Source: the human T2T-CHM13v2.0 reference genome, Homo sapiens. From it: a stretch of DNA of 64,000 nt. Both the position numbers and the translations under genes were made by a program. How positions within the stretch are numbered: the first letter of the stretch is position 1; each line of letters begins with the position of its first letter. The DNA is taken from assembly GCF_009914755.1 (NCBI RefSeq), contig NC_060948.1. One strand, given 5' to 3'. Of this stretch, positions 11,207-25,355 are shown in pieces. Under the pieces are notes generated by a model. That model was given only the letters and a program-made list of their open reading frames with translations. It did no database searches and had not been told where the DNA came from.

Positions 11207-14200
11207 CCTGTCCATTGCACTACATTCCCTTCCATTCCAATGAATTCCATTCCATTCCAATCCATTCCTTTCCTTTCGCTTGTATTCCATTCTATTCTCT
11301 TCTACTGCATACAATTTCACTCCATTCGTTCCCATTCCATTCAATTCCATTCCATTCAATTCCATTCCATTTGTTTCCATTCTCTTCAATTCCATTTCTT
11401 TATATTCCATGCCATTCGATTCCATTCTATTGGATTGCATTACATTCGTGTTCATTCCATTCCAGACCATTCCATTTGACTCCATTCCTTTCGAGCCCTT
11501 TCAATTTGAGTCCATTCTTTTCCAGTCCATTTCACTCCAGTCCATTACTATCCATTCCATACCATTCCATCCCATTCCATTCCATTCCATTCAATTCCAT
11601 TGCATTCCATTCCATTCCATTCCATTGCACTGCACTCCATTCCATTACATTCTACTCTCTTTGAGTCGATTTTATTGCTTTAGATTCTATTCCATTGGAT
11701 TACTATCCATTCGATTACATTCCATTCATGTACATTCCATTCCAGTCAATTACATTCGTGTTCATTACATTACATTCCAGTATATTCCATTTTATTCGGT
11801 CCCATTCCTTTCAATTCCATTTCATTCGACTCCATCATATTCCATTCCATTCCACTCGAATCCATTCCATTAGAGGACATTCCATTCCAATGCATTCCAT
11901 TCCATTCCATAGCATTCCATTGCATTCGATTCCATTCCATTTGATGCCATTCCATTTGATGCCATTCCATGACATTCCATTCCATTCGAGTCCATTCCGT
12001 TCCAATTCATTCCATTCCGTTTCATGAAATTCGAGTCCTTTCCAGTACATTTCATTCCAATCACATCCAATCCAATCTACTCCATTCAATTCCTTTCCAT
12101 TCCATTTGATTATTTTCCATTGATTTGATTCCATTCAGTTTGATTCCATTCCGTGAAATTTCGTTCCATTCTATTCCATTGCATTACTTTCCATTCAATT
12201 CCATTCCATTTCATTTCAGTCCATTCGCTTACTTTCCTTTCGATTCAATTCCATTTGATTCCACTCCATTCTATGTGATTTCATTCCAATCGATTCAATT
12301 CCATTCGATGACATTCCTTTCGTTTCCATTCCATTCGAGTCCATTTAATTTGAGCATTCGTGTCCATTCTATTCGAGTCCATTCCATTACCGTCTATTCT
12401 ACTCCCTTCCATTCCTGTTGATTCAATTTCATTCCCTTCCATTCGATTCCTTTCCATTCGATTCCATTCCTTTCCATTCCATTCCATTCGTTCCCATTCC
12501 ATGTGATTTCATTCCATTCCAGTCCATTATATTCGAGTCCACTCCACTCCATTCTATTACATTCAATTCCTTTTGAGTCCGTTCCATAACACTCCATTCA
12601 TTTCGAATCCATTTCTTGCCAGTTTTCTTCCATTTTATTCCATTCCGTTCGATTCCATTCCATTCCATTCGATTGCATTCCATTCGAATCCTTTCCATTC
12701 CATTTCATTCCATTCCTTTCTATTCCATTCCATTTCATTCGATTTGATTCCATTCTGTTCTATTCCATTCAATTCTTTTTCATTCCATTCGAATCCTTTC
12801 TATTGCAGTCCATTCCATTCGAGTCCATTCCAATCCCTTCCATTCCATTCCATTACAGTCCATTCCAATAGATTCCATTCCTTTGCCTTCCATTCGAATC
12901 CATTCCATTCTAGTCCATTCCATTTGAGTCAATTCTATTCCATTCCATTCTATTCCTTTCCAATCCATTCGATTCCATTCGATTCAATTCCATTTGATTC
13001 TCTTTCATTCTATTTTATTCCATGCCATTTGATTGCATTGCATTGCATTCCGTTTGATTCCAGTCCATTCAAGAAAGTTCCATTCCAGTCCATTGCTTAC
13101 GAGTCCATTCCATTCCACTCTAGTCTATTCCACTCCATTCCTTTCCATTCCATTCCATACTATTCCATTCCATTCCTTTGCTTTCCGTTTCTAATCTATT
13201 CGAGTCCATTGCATTCCAGTCCAATCCATTCGATTACATGCCTTTTGATTCCCTGCCAGTCGATTGCATTGCATACTAGACCATTCCAAACGAGTCCATT
13301 CCATTCTATTTCAACACTTTCCATTCCACTCTGTTCGAGTCCATTCCATTCCAGTCCATTTAATTCAAGAGCATTCCATTCCATTCCATTCCATTTCATA
13401 TTATTCCATTCCATTCAATTCCATTCCAGATGATTCCATTCCATTCTATACCATTGCTCTCTGTTCCATTCCATTCCATCTGTCTCCATTCCTTTCGTTT
13501 CGATTCCTTTCCATTCCATTCCATTACATTTCATCCTATTTTATTAAATTGCATTCTATTCGAGTGATTTCCATTCGAGTCCTTTCCATTCGATTCCATT
13601 CCATTCTATTCCATTCCTTTGGATTCCATTCCATTCCGTTCCGTTCACATCAATTCCTTGTGATTCCATTACATTCGATTTCTTGCCATTCGATTCCATT
13701 CCTTTTGACTCCATTTCATTCGATTCCATTCCATTCCATTAATTTCCATTCCATTCGAGACCTTTCCATTGCAGTCTTTTCCCTTCGAGTCCATTCCGTT
13801 CGATTCCCTTCCATTCGATTCCATTCCATTGGAGTCCGTACCAGTCGAGTCCATTCTATTCCAGTCCATTAGTTTCGACTCCATTGCATTCGAGTGCATT
13901 CCATTCCGTGGCTGTCCATTCCATTCCGTTTGATGCCATTCCATACGATTCCATTCAATTCGAGACCATTCTATTCCTGTCCATTCCTTGTGGTTCGATT
14001 CCATTTCACTCTAGTCCATTCCATTCCATTGAATTCCATACGACTCTATTCCGTTCCATTCAATTCCATTCCTTTCGATTCCATTTTTTTGGAGAACCTT
14101 CCATTACACTCCCTTCCATTCCAGTGCATTCCATTCCAGTCTCTTCAGTTCGATTCCATTCCATTCGTTTCGATTCCATTCCATTCCAGCCCATTCCATT

Positions 14201-14755
14201 CCATTCCATTCCTTTCCTTTCCGTTTCATTAGATTCCATTGCATTCGACTCCATTCAATTCAATTCCGTGCTATTCAATTTGATTCATTTCCATTTAATT
14301 CCATTGCATTAGATTCCATTCCGTTCGATTCCATTCCTTTCGAATCCATTCCATTGGAGTCCATTCACTTCCAGAACATTCCATTCCAGTCGAATCCATT
14401 CGAGTAGATTCCATTAATGTTCATTACATTCTACTACATTCCATTCCATTGCATTCCATTCCATTCCGTTCGATGCCATTCGATTCCACTCCATGCCAAA
14501 TCATTGCATTCCTTTCCACTCCGTTCCTATCAATTCAATTCCATTCGATTTAGTTCGATTCTATTCACTTCCATTCCATCCGATTCCATTCCATTGGAGT
14601 CAATTCCTTTCGACACCCAGCCTTTCCAGTCAATGATTTTGGATTCCATTTTTTTGCATTCCATTACATTCTATGACATTCGATTCCGTTTCATTGCATT
14701 CCATTCCATACATTTTTATTCCATTCGAGACCGTAGCATTCCACTTTATTCCAGG
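11207..14755 (+). repeat. DYZ1 unit U4, 3549 bp, subtype A with U3-like internal patch
   Basis: GGCC at 11205 and 14754. The tract ~11388-11970 shares U3-specific variants. Confidence 0.88.
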
Positions 14756-17700
14756 CCTGTCCATTGCACTACATTCCCTTCCATTCCAATGAATTCCATT
14801 CCATTCCAATCCATTCCTTTCCTTTCGCTTGTATTCCATTCTATTCTCTTCTACTGCATACAATTTCACTCCATTCGTTCCCATTCCATTCAATTCCATT
14901 CCATTCAATTCCATTCCATTTGTTTCCATTCTCTTCGATTCCATTTCTTTATATTCCATGCCATTCGATTCCATTCTATTGGATTGCATTACATTCGTAT
15001 TCACTCCATTCCAGACCATTCCATTTGACTCCATTCCTTTCGAGCCCTTTCAACTTAAGTCCATTCCTTTCCAGTCCATTTCACTCCAGTCCATTACTGT
15101 CCATTCCATACCATTCCATCCCATTCCATTCCATTCCATTGCATTCCATTCCATTCCGTTCCATTGCACTGTACTCCATTCCATTACATTCTACTCCATT
15201 TGAGTCGATTTTATTGCATTAGATTCTATTCCATTGGATTGCTTTCCATTCGATTACATTCCATTCATGTACATTCCATTCCAGTCAATTACATTCGAGT
15301 TCATTACATTACATTCCAGTATATTCCATTGTATTCGGTCCCATTCCTTTCAATTCCATTTCATTAGACTCCATTATATTCGATTCCATTCCACTCGAAT
15401 ACATTCCATTAGAGGACATTCCATTCCAATGCATTCCATTCCATTTCATAGCATTCCATCGCATTCGATTCCATTCCATTTGATGCCATTCCATGACATT
15501 CCATTCCATTCGAGTCCATTCCGTTCCAATTCATTCCATTCCGTTTCATGAAATTCGAGTCCTTTCCAGTACATTTCATTCCAATCACATCCAATCCAAT
15601 CTACTCCATTCAATTCCTTTCCATTCCATTTGATTATTTTCCATTGATTTGATTCCATTCAGTTTGATTCCATTCCGTGAAATTTCGTTCCATTCTATTC
15701 CATTGCATTACTTTCCATTCAATTCCATTCCATTTCATTTCAGTCCATTCGCTTACTTTCCTTTCGATTCAATTCCATTTGATTCCACTCCATTCTATGT
15801 GATTTCATTCCAATCGATTCAATTCCATTCGATGACATTCCTTTCGTTTCCATTCCATTCGAGTCCATTTAATTTGAGCATTCGTGTCCATTCTATTCGA
15901 GTCCATTCCATTACCGTCTATTCTACTCCCTTCCATTCCTGTTGATTCAATTTCATTCCCTTCCATTCGATTCCTTTCCATTCGATTCCATTCCTTTCCA
16001 TTCCATTCCATTCGTTCCCATTCCATGTGATTTCATTCCATTCCAGTCCATTATATTCGAGTCCACTCCACTCCATTCTATTACATTCAATTCCTTTTGA
16101 GTCCGTTCCATAACACTCCATTCATTTCGAATCCATTTCTTGCCAGTTTTCTTCCATTTTATTCCATTCCGTTCGATTCCATTCCATTCGATTGCATTCC
16201 ATTCGATTGCATTCCATTCGAATCCTTTCCATTCCATTTCATTCCATTCCTTTCTATTCCATTCCATTTCATTCGATTTGATTCCATTCTGTTCTATTCC
16301 ATTCAATTCTTTTTCATTCCATTCGAATCCTTTCTATTGCAGTCCATTCCATTCGAGTCCATTCCAATCCCTTCCATTCCATTCCATTACAGTCCATTCC
16401 AATAGATTCCATTCCTTTGCCTTCCATTCGAATCCATTCCATTCTAGTCCATTCCATTTGAGTCAATTCCATTCCATTCCATTCTATTCCTTTCCAATCC
16501 ATTCGATTCCATTCGATTCAATTCCATTTGATTCTCTTTCATTCTATTTTTTTCCATGCCATTTCATTGCATTGCATTGCATTCCGTTTGATTCCAGTCC
16601 ATTCAAGAAAGTTCCATTCCAGTCCATTGCTTACGAGTCCATTCCATTCCACTCTAGTCTATTCCACTCCATTCCTTTCCATTCCATTCCATACTATTCC
16701 ATTCCATTCCTTTGCTTTCCGTTTCTAATCTATTCGAGTCCATTGCATTCCAGTCCAATCCATTCGATTACATGCCTTTTGATTCCCTGCCAGTCGATTG
16801 CATTGCATACTAGACCATTCCAAACGAGTCCATTCCATTCTATTTCAACAATTTCCATTCCACTCTGTTCGAGTCCATTCCATTCCAGTCCATTTAATTC
16901 AAGGGCATTCCATTCCATTCCATTCCATTTCATATTATTCCATTCCATTCAATTCCATTCCAGATGATTCCATTCCATTCTATACCATTGCTCTCTGTTC
17001 CATTCCATTCCATCTGTCTCCATTCCTTTCGTTTCGATTCCTTTCCATTCCATTCCATTACATTTGATCCTATTTTATTAAATTGCATTCTATTCGAGTG
17101 ATTTCCATTCGAGTCCTTTCCATTCGATTCCATTCCATTCTATTCCATTCCTTTGGATTCCATTCCATTCCGTTCCGTTCACATCCATTCCTTGTGATTC
17201 CATTACATTCGATTTCTTGCCATTCGATTCCATTCCTTTTGACTCCATTTCATTCGATTCCATTCCATTCCATTAATTTCCATTCCATTCGAGACCTTTA
17301 CATTGCAGTCTTTTCCCTTCGAGTCCATTCCGTTCGATTCCCTTCCATTCGATTCCATTCCATTGGAGTCCGTACCAGTCGAGTCCATTCTATTCCAGTC
17401 CATTAGTGTCGACTCCATTGCATTCGAGTGCATTCCATTCCGTGGCTGTCCATTCCATTCCGTTTGATGCCATTCCATACGATTCCATTCAATTCGAGAC
17501 CATTCTATTCCTGTCCATTCCTTGTGGTTCGATTCCATTTCACTCTAGTCCATTCCATTCCATTGAATTCCATACGACTCTATTCCGTTCCATTCAATTC
17601 CATTCCTTTCGATTCCATTTTTTTGGAGAACTTTCCATTACACTCCCTTCCATTCCAGTGCATTCCATTCCAGTCTCTTCAGTTCGATTCCATTCCATTC

Positions 17701-18288
17701 GTTTCGATTCCATTCCATTCCAGCCCATTCCATTCCATTCCATTCCTTTCCTTTCCGTTTCATTAGATTCCATTGCATTCGATTCCATTCAATTCAATTC
17801 CGTGCTATTCAATTTGATTCATTTCCATTTAATTCCATTGCATTAGATTCCATTCCGTTCGATTCCATTCCTTTCGAATCCATTCCATTGGAGTCCATTC
17901 ACTTCCAGAACATTCCATTCCAGTCGAATCCATTCGAGTAGATTCCATTAATGTTCATTACATTCTACTACATTCCATTCCATTGCATTCCATTCCATTC
18001 CGTTCGATGCCATTCGATTCCACTCCATGCCAAATCATTGCATTCCTTTCCACTCCGTTCCTATCAATTCAATTCCATTCGATTTAGTTCGATTCTATTC
18101 ACTTCCATTCCATCCGATTCCATTCCATTGGAGTCAATTCTTTCGACACCCAGCCTTTCCAGTCAATGATTTTGGATTCCATTTTTTTGCATTCCATTAC
18201 ATTCTATGACATTCGATTCCGTTTCATTGCATTCCATTCCATACATTTTTATTCCATTCGAGACCGTAGCATTCCACTTTATTCCAGG
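14756..18288 (+). repeat. DYZ1 unit U5, 3533 bp, subtype A (near copy of U1)
   Basis: GGCC at 14754 and 18287. ORF-track peptides nearly identical to U1 at an offset of 14143. Confidence 0.9.
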
Positions 18289-21200
18289 CCTGTCCATTGC
18301 ACTACATTCCCTTCCATTCCAATGAATTCCATTCCATTCCAATCCATTCCTTTCCTTTCGCTTGTTTTCCATTCTATTCTCTTCTACTGCATACAATTTC
18401 ACTCCATTCGTTCCCATTCCATTCAATTCCATTCCATTCAATTCCATTCCATTTGTTTCCTTTCTCTTCGATTCCATTTCTTTATATTCCATGCCATTCG
18501 ATTCCATTCTATTGGATTGCATTACATTCGTATTCACTCCATTCCAGACCATTCCATTTGACTCCATTCCTTTCGAGCCCTTTCAACTTAAGTCCATTCC
18601 TTTCCAGTCCATTTCACTCCAGTCCATTACTGTCCATTCCATACGATTCCATCCCATTCCATTCCATTCCATTGCATTCCATTCCATTCCGTTCCATTGC
18701 ACTGTACTCCATTCCATTACATTCTACTCCATTTGAGTCGATTTTATTGCATTAGATTCTATTCCATTGGATTGCTTTCCATTCGATTACATTCCATTCA
18801 TGTACATTCCATTCCAGTCAATTACATTCGAGTTCATTACATTACATTCCAGTATATTCCATTGTATTCGGTCCCATTCCTTTCAATTCCATTTCATTAG
18901 ACTCCATTATATTCGATTCCATTCCACTCGAATACATTCCATTAGAGGACATTCCATTCCAATGCATTCCATTCCATTTCATAGCATTCCATCGCATTCG
19001 ATTCCATTCCATTTGATGCCATTCCATGACATTCCATTCCATTCGAGTCCATTCCGTTCCAATTCATTCCATTCCGTTTCATGAAATTCGAGTCCTTTCC
19101 AGTACATTTCATTCCAATCACATCCAATCCAATCTACTCCATTCAATTCCTTTCCATTCCATTTGATTATTTTCCATTGATTTGATTCCATTCAGTTTGA
19201 TTCCATTCCGTGAAATTTCGTTCCATTCTATTCCATTGCATTACTTTCCATTCAATTCCATTCCATTTCATTTCAGTCCATTCGCTTACTTTCCTTTCGA
19301 TTCAATTCCATTTGATTCCACTCCATTCTATGTGATTTCATTCCAATCGATTCAATTCCATTCGATGACATTCCTTTCGTTTCCATTCCATTCGAGTCCA
19401 TTTAATTTGAGCATTCGTGTCCATTCTATTCGAGTCCATTCCATTACCGTCTATTCTACTCCCTTCCATTCCTGTTGATTCAATTTCATTCCCTTCCATT
19501 CGATTCCTTTCCATTCGATTCCATTCCTTTCCATTCCATTCCATTCGTTCCCATTCCATGTGATTTCATTCCATTCCAGTCCATTATATTCGAGTCCACT
19601 CCACTCCATTCTATTACATTCAATTCCTTTTGAGTCCGTTCCATAACACTCCATTCATTTCGAATCCATTTCTTGCCAGTTTTCTTCCATTTTATTCCAT
19701 TCCGTTCGATTCCATTCCATTCGATTGCATTCCATTCGATTGCATTCCATTCGAATCCTTTCCATTCCATTTCATTCCATTCCTTTCTATTCCATTCCAT
19801 TTCATTCGATTTGATTCCATTCTGTTCTATTCCATTCAATTCTTTTTCATTCCATTCGAATCCTTTCTATTGCAGTCCATTCCATTCGAGTCCATTCCAA
19901 TCCCTTCCATTCCATTCCATTACAGTCCATTCCAATAGATTCCATTCCTTTGCCTTCCATTCGAATCCATTCCATTCTAGTCCATTCCATTTGAGTCAAT
20001 TCTATTCCATTCCATTCTATTCCTTTCCAATCCATTCGATTCCATTCGATTCAATTCCATTTGATTCTCTTTCATTCTATTTTATTCCATGCCATTTGAT
20101 TGCATTGCATTGCATTCCGTTTGATTCCAGTCCATTCAAGAAAGTTCCATTCCAGTCCATTGCTTACGAGTCCATTCCATTCCACTCTAGTCTATTCCAC
20201 TCCATTCCTTTCCATTCCATTCCATACTATTCCATTCCATTCCTTTGCTTTCCGTTTCTAATCTATTCGAGTCCATTGCATTCCAGTCCAATCCATTCGA
20301 TTACATGCCTTTTGATTCCCTGCCAGTCGATTGCATTGCATACTAGACCATTCCAAACGAGTCCATTCCATTCTATTTCAACACTTTCCATTCCACTCTG
20401 TTCGAGTCCATTCCATTCCAGTCCATTTAATTCAAGAGCATTCCATTCCATTCCATTCCATTTCATATTATTCCATTCCATTCAATTCCATTCCAGATGA
20501 TTCCATTCCATTCTATACCATTGCTCTCTGTTCCATTCCATTCCATCTGTCTCCATTCCTTTCGTTTCGATTCCTTTCCATTCCATTCCATTACATTTGA
20601 TCCTATTTTATTAAATTGCTTTCTATTCGAGTGATTTCCATTCGAGTCCTTTCCATTCGATTCCATTCCATTCTATTCCATTCCTTTGGATTCCATTCCA
20701 TTCCGTTCCGTTCACATCAATTCCTTGTGATTCCATTACATTCGATTTCTTGCCATTCGATTCCATTCCTTTTGACTCCATTTCATTCGATTCCATTCCA
20801 TTCCATTAATTTCCATTCCATTCGAGACCTTTCCATTGCAGTCTTTTCCCTTCGAGTCCATTCCGTTCGATTCCCTTCCATTCGATTCCATTCCATTGGA
20901 GTCCGTACCAGTCGAGTCCATTCTATTCCAGTCCATTAGTGTCGACTCCATTGCATTCGAGTGCATTCCATTCCGTGGCTGTCCATTCCATTCCGTTTGA
21001 TGCCATTCCATACGATTCCATTCAATTCGAGACCATTCTATTCCTGTCCATTCCTTGTGGTTCGATTCCATTTCACTATAGTCCATTCCATTCCATTGAA
21101 TTCCATACGACTCTATTCCGTTCCATTCAATTCCATTCCTTTCGATTCCATTTTTTTGGAGAACCTTCCATTACACTCCCTTCCATTCCAGTGCATTCCA

Positions 21201-21822
21201 TTCCAGTCTCTTCAGTTCGATTCCATTCCATTCGTTTCGATTCCATTCCATTCCAGCCCATTCCATTCCATTCCATTCCTTTCCTTTCCGTTTCATTAGA
21301 TTCCATTGCATTCGATTCCATTCAATTCAATTCCGTGCTATTCAATTTGATTCATTTCCATTTAATTCCATTGCATTAGATTCCATTCCGTTCGATTCCA
21401 TTCCTTTCGAATCCATTCCATTGGAGTCCATTCACTTCCAGAACATTCCATTCCAGTCGAATCCATTCGAGTAGATTCCATTAATGTTCATTACATTCTA
21501 CTACATTCCATTCCATTGCATTCCATTCCATTCCGTTCGATGCCATTCGATTCCACTCCATGCCAAATCATTGCATTCCTTTCCACTCCGTTCCTATCAA
21601 TTCAATTCCATTCGATTTAGTTCGATTCTATTCACTTCCATTCCATCCGATTCCATTCCATTGGAGTCAATTCCTTTCGACACCCAGCCTTTCCAGTCAA
21701 TGATTTTGGATTCCATTTTTTTGCATTCCATTACATTCTATGACATTCGATTCCGTTTCATTGCATTCCATTCCATACATTTTTATTCCATTCGAGACCG
21801 TAGCATTCCACTTTATTCCAAG
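18289..21822 (+). repeat. DYZ1 unit U6, 3534 bp, subtype A mosaic
   Basis: Starts at GGCC 18287 and ends at the mutated site AGCC 21821. Carries markers shared with U2/U8, U4 and U3. Confidence 0.88.
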
Positions 21823-24800
21823 CCTGTCCATTGCACTACATTCCCTTCCATTCCAATGAATTCCATTCCATTCCAATCCATTCCTTTCCTTTCGCTTGTA
21901 TTCCATTCTATTCTCTTCTACTGCATACAATTTCACTCCATTCGTTCCCATTCCATTCAATTCCATTCCATTCAATTCCATTCCATTTGTTTCCATTCTC
22001 TTCGATTCCATTTCTTTATATTCAATGCCATTCGATTCCATTCTATTGGATTGCATTACATTCGTATTCACTCCATTCCAGACCATTCCTTTTGACTCCA
22101 TTCCTTTCGAGCCCTTTCAACTTAAGTCCATTCCTTTCCAGTCCATTTCACTCCAGTCCATTACTGTCCATTCCATACCATTCCATCCCATTCCATTCCA
22201 TTCCATTGCATTCCATTCCATTCCGTTCCATTGCACTGTACTCCATTCCATTACATTCTACTCCATTTGAGTCGATTTTATTGCATTAGATTCTATTCCA
22301 TTGGATTGCTTTCCATTCGATTACATTCCATTCATGTACATTCCATTCCAGTCAATTACATTCGAGTTCATTACATTACATTCCAGTATATTCCATTGTA
22401 TTCGGTCCCATTCCTTTCAATTCCATTTCATTAGACTCCATTATATTCGATTCCATTCCACTCGAATACATTCCATTAGAGGACATTCCATTCCAATGCA
22501 TTCCATTCCATTTCATAGCATTCCATCGCATTCGATTCCATTCCATTTGATGCCATTCCATGACATTCCATTCCATTCGAGTCCATTCCGTTCCAATTCA
22601 TTCCATTCCGTTTCATGAAATTCGAGTCCTTTCCAGTACATTTCATTCCAATCACATCCAATCCAATCTACTCCATTCAATTCCTTTCCATTCCATTTGA
22701 TTATTTTCCATTGATTTGATTCCATTCAGTTTGATTCCATTCCGTGAAATTTCGTTCCATTCTATTCCATTGCATTACTTTCCATTCAATTCCATTCCAT
22801 TTCATTTCAGTCCATTCGCTTACTTTCCTTTCGATTCAATTCCATTTGATTCCACTCCATTCTATGTGATTTCATTCCAATCGATTCAATTCCATTCGAT
22901 GACATTCCTTTCGTTTCGATTCCATTCGAGTCCATTCAATTTGAGCATTCGTGTCCATTCTATTCGAGTCCATTCCATTACCGTCTATTCTACTCCCTTC
23001 CATTCCTGTTGATTCAATTTCATTCCCTTCCATTCGATTCCTTTCCATTCGATTCCATTCCTTTCCATTCCATTCCATTCGTTCCCATTCCATGTGATTT
23101 CATTCCATTCCAGTCCATTATATTCGAGTCCACTCCACTCCATTCTATTACATTCAATTCCTTTTGAGTCCGTTCCATAACACTCCATTCATTTCGAATC
23201 CATTTCTTGCCAGTTTTCTTCCATTTTATTCCATTCCGTTCGATTCCATTCCATTCGATTGCATTCCATTCGATTGCATTCCATTCGAATCCTTTCCATT
23301 CCATTTCATTCCATTCCTTTCTATTCCATTCCATTTCATTCGATTTGATTCCATTCTGTTCTATTCCATTCAATTCTTTTTCATTCCATTCGAATCCTTT
23401 CTATTGCAGTCCATTCCATTCGAGTCCATTCCAATCCCTTCCATTCCATTCCATTACAGTCCATTCCAATAGATTCCATTCCTTTGCCTTCCATTCGACT
23501 CCATTCCATTCTAGTCCATTCCATTTGAGTCAATTCCATTCCATTCCATTCTATTCCTTTCCAATCCATTCGATTCCATTCGATTCAATTCCATTTGATT
23601 CTCTTTCATTCTATTTTATTCCATGCCATTTCATTGCATTGCATTGCATTCCGTTTGATTCCAGTCCATTCAAGAAAGTTCCATTCCAGTCCATTGCTTA
23701 CGAGTCCATTCCATTCCACTCTAGTCTATTCCACTCCATTCCTTTCCATTCCATTCCATACTATTCCATTCCATTCCTTTGCTTTCCGTTTCTAATCTAT
23801 TCGAGTCCATTGCATTCCAGTCCAATCCATTCGATTACATGCCTTTTGATTCCCTGCCAGTCGATTGCATTGCATACTAGACCATTCCAAACGAGTCCAT
23901 TCCATTCTATTTCAACAATTTCCATTCCACTCTGTTCGAGTCCATTCCATTCCAGTCCATTTAATTCAAGGGCATTCCATTCCATTCCATTCCATTTCAT
24001 ATTATTCCATTCCATTCAATTCCATTCCAGATGATTCCATTCCATTCTATACCATTGCTCTCTGTTCCATTCCATTCCATCTGTCTCCATTCCTTTCGTT
24101 TCGATTCCTTTCCATTCCATTCCATTACATTTGATCCTATTTTATTAAATTGCATTCTATTCGAGTGATTTCCATTCGAGTCCTTTCCATTCGATTCCAT
24201 TCCATTCTATTCCATTCCTTTGGATTCCATTCCATTCCGTTCCGTTCACATCCATTCCTTGTGATTCCATTACATTCGATTTCTTGCCATTCGATTCCAT
24301 TCCTTTTGACTCCATTTCATTCGATTCCATTCCATTCCATTAATTTCCATTCCATTCGAGACCTTTACATTGCAGTCTTTTCCCTTCGAGTCCATTCCGT
24401 TCGATTCCCTTCCATTCGATTCCATTCCATTGGAGTCCGTACCAGTCGAGTCCATTCTATTCCAGTCCATTAGTGTCGACTCCATTGCATTCGAGTGCAT
24501 TCCATTCCGTGGCTGTCCATTCCATTCCGTTTGATGCCATTCCATACGATTCCATTCAATTCGAGACCATTCTATTCCTGTCCATTCCTTGTGGTTCGAT
24601 TCCATTTCACTCTAGTCCATTCCATTCCATTGAATTCCATACGACTCTATTCCGTTCCATTCAATTCCATTCCTTTCGATTCCATTTTTTTGGAGAACTT
24701 TCCATTACACTCCCTTCCATTCCAGTGCATTCCATTCCAGTCTCTTCAGTTCGATTCCATTCCATTCGTTTCGATTCCATTCCATTCCAGCCCATTCCAT

Positions 24801-25355
24801 TCCATTCCATTCCTTTCCTTTCCGTTTCATTAGATTCCATTGCATTCGATTCCATTCAATTCAATTCCGTGCTATTCAATTTGATTCATTTCCATTTAAT
24901 TCCATTGCATTAGATTCCATTCCGTTCGATTCCATTCCTTTCGAATCCATTCCATTGGAGTCCATTCACTTCCAGAACATTCCATTCCAGTCGAATCCAT
25001 TCGAGTAGATTCCATTAATGTTCATTACATTCTACTACATTCCATTCCATTGCATTCCATTCCATTCCGTTCGATGCCATTCGATTCCACTCCATGCCAA
25101 ATCATTGCATTCCTTTCCACTCCGTTCCTATCAATTCAATTCCATTCGATTTAGTTCGATTCTATTCACTTCCATTCCATCCGATTCCATTCCATTGGAG
25201 TCAATTCTTTCGACACCCAGCCTTTCCAGTCAATGATTTTGGATTCCATTTTTTTGCATTCCATTACATTCTATGACATTCGATTCCGTTTCATTGCATT
25301 CCATTCCATACATTTTTATTCCATTCGAGACCGTAGCATTCCACTTTATTCCATT
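21823..25355 (+). repeat. DYZ1 unit U7, 3533 bp, subtype A (near copy of U1)
   Basis: Offset of 21210 from U1. Both flanking HaeIII sites are mutated. Confidence 0.88.
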
